NCBI RefSeq assembly: GCF_006345805.1
Contig: NW_021834426.1
Span: 1-53,726, forward strand
DNA length: 53,726 nt
Direction: 5' to 3'
Origin: Octopus sinensis
Taxonomy: Eukaryota
Positions 52,112 to 53,726 of this stretch are shown here, one piece after another. A program made the translations under genes and the position numbers. The notes under the pieces are model-generated. The model did no database searches. It had not been told where the DNA came from and saw only the letters and a program-made list of their open reading frames with translations. How positions within the stretch are numbered: the stretch's first letter is position 1; every line of letters starts with the position of its first letter.

Positions 52112-52407
52112 TTCTGTTCGTGTTGAGGTGAGTTGGTTCTTTTATTTTATCAATTTTTGTTCTTGTTGTTGTTGTTTGAGATATGTTTTTTTTTGTGTGT
52201 ATGTTGTCGTTTTTGTCTTTTGTTTGTCTCTTTCAGTTTTTTTTTTGCCTCATTTCTTTTTTTTTTGGTTTGTTTTTCTCCTTCAGGGATGAGGTGGAGT
52301 TCATGTTTGTTCCGCCATTGTTTTATATTTTCAAATTTCATTTTCACGTTCTGTGATAAAAATTATTGTTAACGTTTCTCTTGTCATTTTCTGCCATTTG
52401 AGATTAG

Positions 52408-52469
<62 letters not shown>

Positions 52470-52502
52470 GAGCATATAATATATATATATATATATATAT
52501 AT

Positions 52503-52618
52503 AAAGGAAATGAAGAAAATGCTGACAAAATAATTTAAGTAAGGGAGAGTGTATTTACCTAATTAAATACACTCTCCCTTACTTAAATTATTTTGTCAGC
52601 ATTTTCTTCATTTCCTTT
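52503..52618. repeat. Perfect 55-bp hairpin (52503-52557 / 52564-52618)
   Basis: Exact reverse complement; 6-nt loop CCTAAT; (AT)n upstream and shortly downstream. Confidence 0.97.
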
Positions 52619-52658
52619 TTTTATATATCACAACTCGTGTTCCACATCTCCTTTTTAA

Positions 52659-52703
<45 letters not shown>

Positions 52704-52948
52704 CTATATTATATTATATATATATATATATATATATATCTGTATGTGTGAGTGTGTTGGATCAAAACAATTTGATTCAAATCTTTTAGTAATTAAGTTT
52801 CTAAGCATGATGCTAATCCTCAGCCATTGGCAAGTACTGAAGAAATTTGAATCAAACTGTTTTGATTCATACATGAAACTCTCAATAAATGTGTTGAATG
52901 CCCTTCTTCCGTCCGTCCACTCACTCGCACGTTATGTAGGTATTTCAA

Positions 52949-53090
52949 GGCGTATGGCCTAGTGGTTGGAATGTTGCACGCACGATCGCGAGATCGTGGT
53001 TTCAATTCCCAGATCGGGTGGTGCGTTGTCTTCTTGAACAAACCAATTCATCTCACGTCGCTCTGCAATCACTTCGACACCTGACGTAAG
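52949..53090 (+). mobile_element. SINE family C, 5' part
   Basis: GGCGTATGGCCTAGTGGTT..GGTTTCAATTCCCAGA..GTTGTCTTCTTGAACAAA. Confidence 0.65.
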
Positions 53091-53503
53091 GTATTACACG
53101 GTGAATCACAAGTGTTTGACGGAGAGTTTCTAGGACTCTACCAGCACCAATTTCTGACCTCGTAATTCCCCCCGGTTGTAATCACATGGGTTACTATGGG
53201 TGGGGCACGGTTGAGAAGACACCAACTGTTTTCCCCGGAACAACAAGTGGCTGATCTCCCCAGGAAATCATAGAGGAACTCATGCACCAGGTTCCGGAGC
53301 TATCTTTTAATGTATGTACCATGATTAATTTCAACATGACATTACGTTCAAGCCAAGTATATACGTGTGTGGGGGGGAGTGAAATTTGAACGAATGCACA
53401 ATGTTAGTGACTCGAAATATCGGGGAGGGAATTACTAGCTTCATACACAATTAACATACTCGACTGCATGTTTTGAGTTCTTCTACTCGTTTGGAATGAT
53501 TAG

Positions 53504-53690
53504 ATGGATGGATGGATGGATGGATGGATGGACGGACGGACGGACGGATGGATGGATGGATGGATGGATGGATGGATGTACCGACGGCCCGACATATGGA
53601 TGGATGGATGGACCGACGGCCCAACAGATGGATGGATGATGGGTCGATGGATGGATGGATGGATGGATAGATAGATAGATAGATGGGTAG
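53504..53690. repeat. (GGAT)n/(GGAC)n/(GATA)n microsatellite
   Basis: Direct reading. Confidence 0.95.
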
Positions 53691-53726
53691 ATACCTGGAG
53701 TGGAAGAAGTGAAGAGTGGATGAATA

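Noticed and set aside
52287-52360. Strong + strand acceptor (TTTCTCCTTCAG)
   Set aside because: No recognisable peptide or convincing donor follows; T-rich low-complexity context.

Overview
AT-rich, microsatellite-saturated eukaryotic DNA, most likely from an octopod cephalopod (inferred from the repeat families and composition). The only protein-coding sequence I recognise is the terminal TM4-encoding exon of a nicotinic acetylcholine receptor subunit (20996-21172, +). No upstream exon was found in the preceding 21 kb, which is therefore probably intron. The rest is mostly repeats: three tRNA-derived SINE families, decayed Tc1/mariner, pogo-like and hAT elements, a 5'-truncated R4/Dong-type retrotransposon inside an (AAT)n tract, local duplications, long hairpins and micro/minisatellites. 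Nearly all ORFs in the supplied track are translated microsatellites. The most notable signal is a set of short (about 200-280 bp) elements embedded in (AT)n tracts. They carry minimal type I hammerhead ribozyme motifs of two families (5 clear copies plus degenerate ones), whose differences between copies largely preserve the structure. One intact-core copy lies on the sense strand of the presumed nAChR intron, 1 kb from its own antisense twin. This points to a non-autonomous Penelope-like/retrozyme-like system. Activity is untested.
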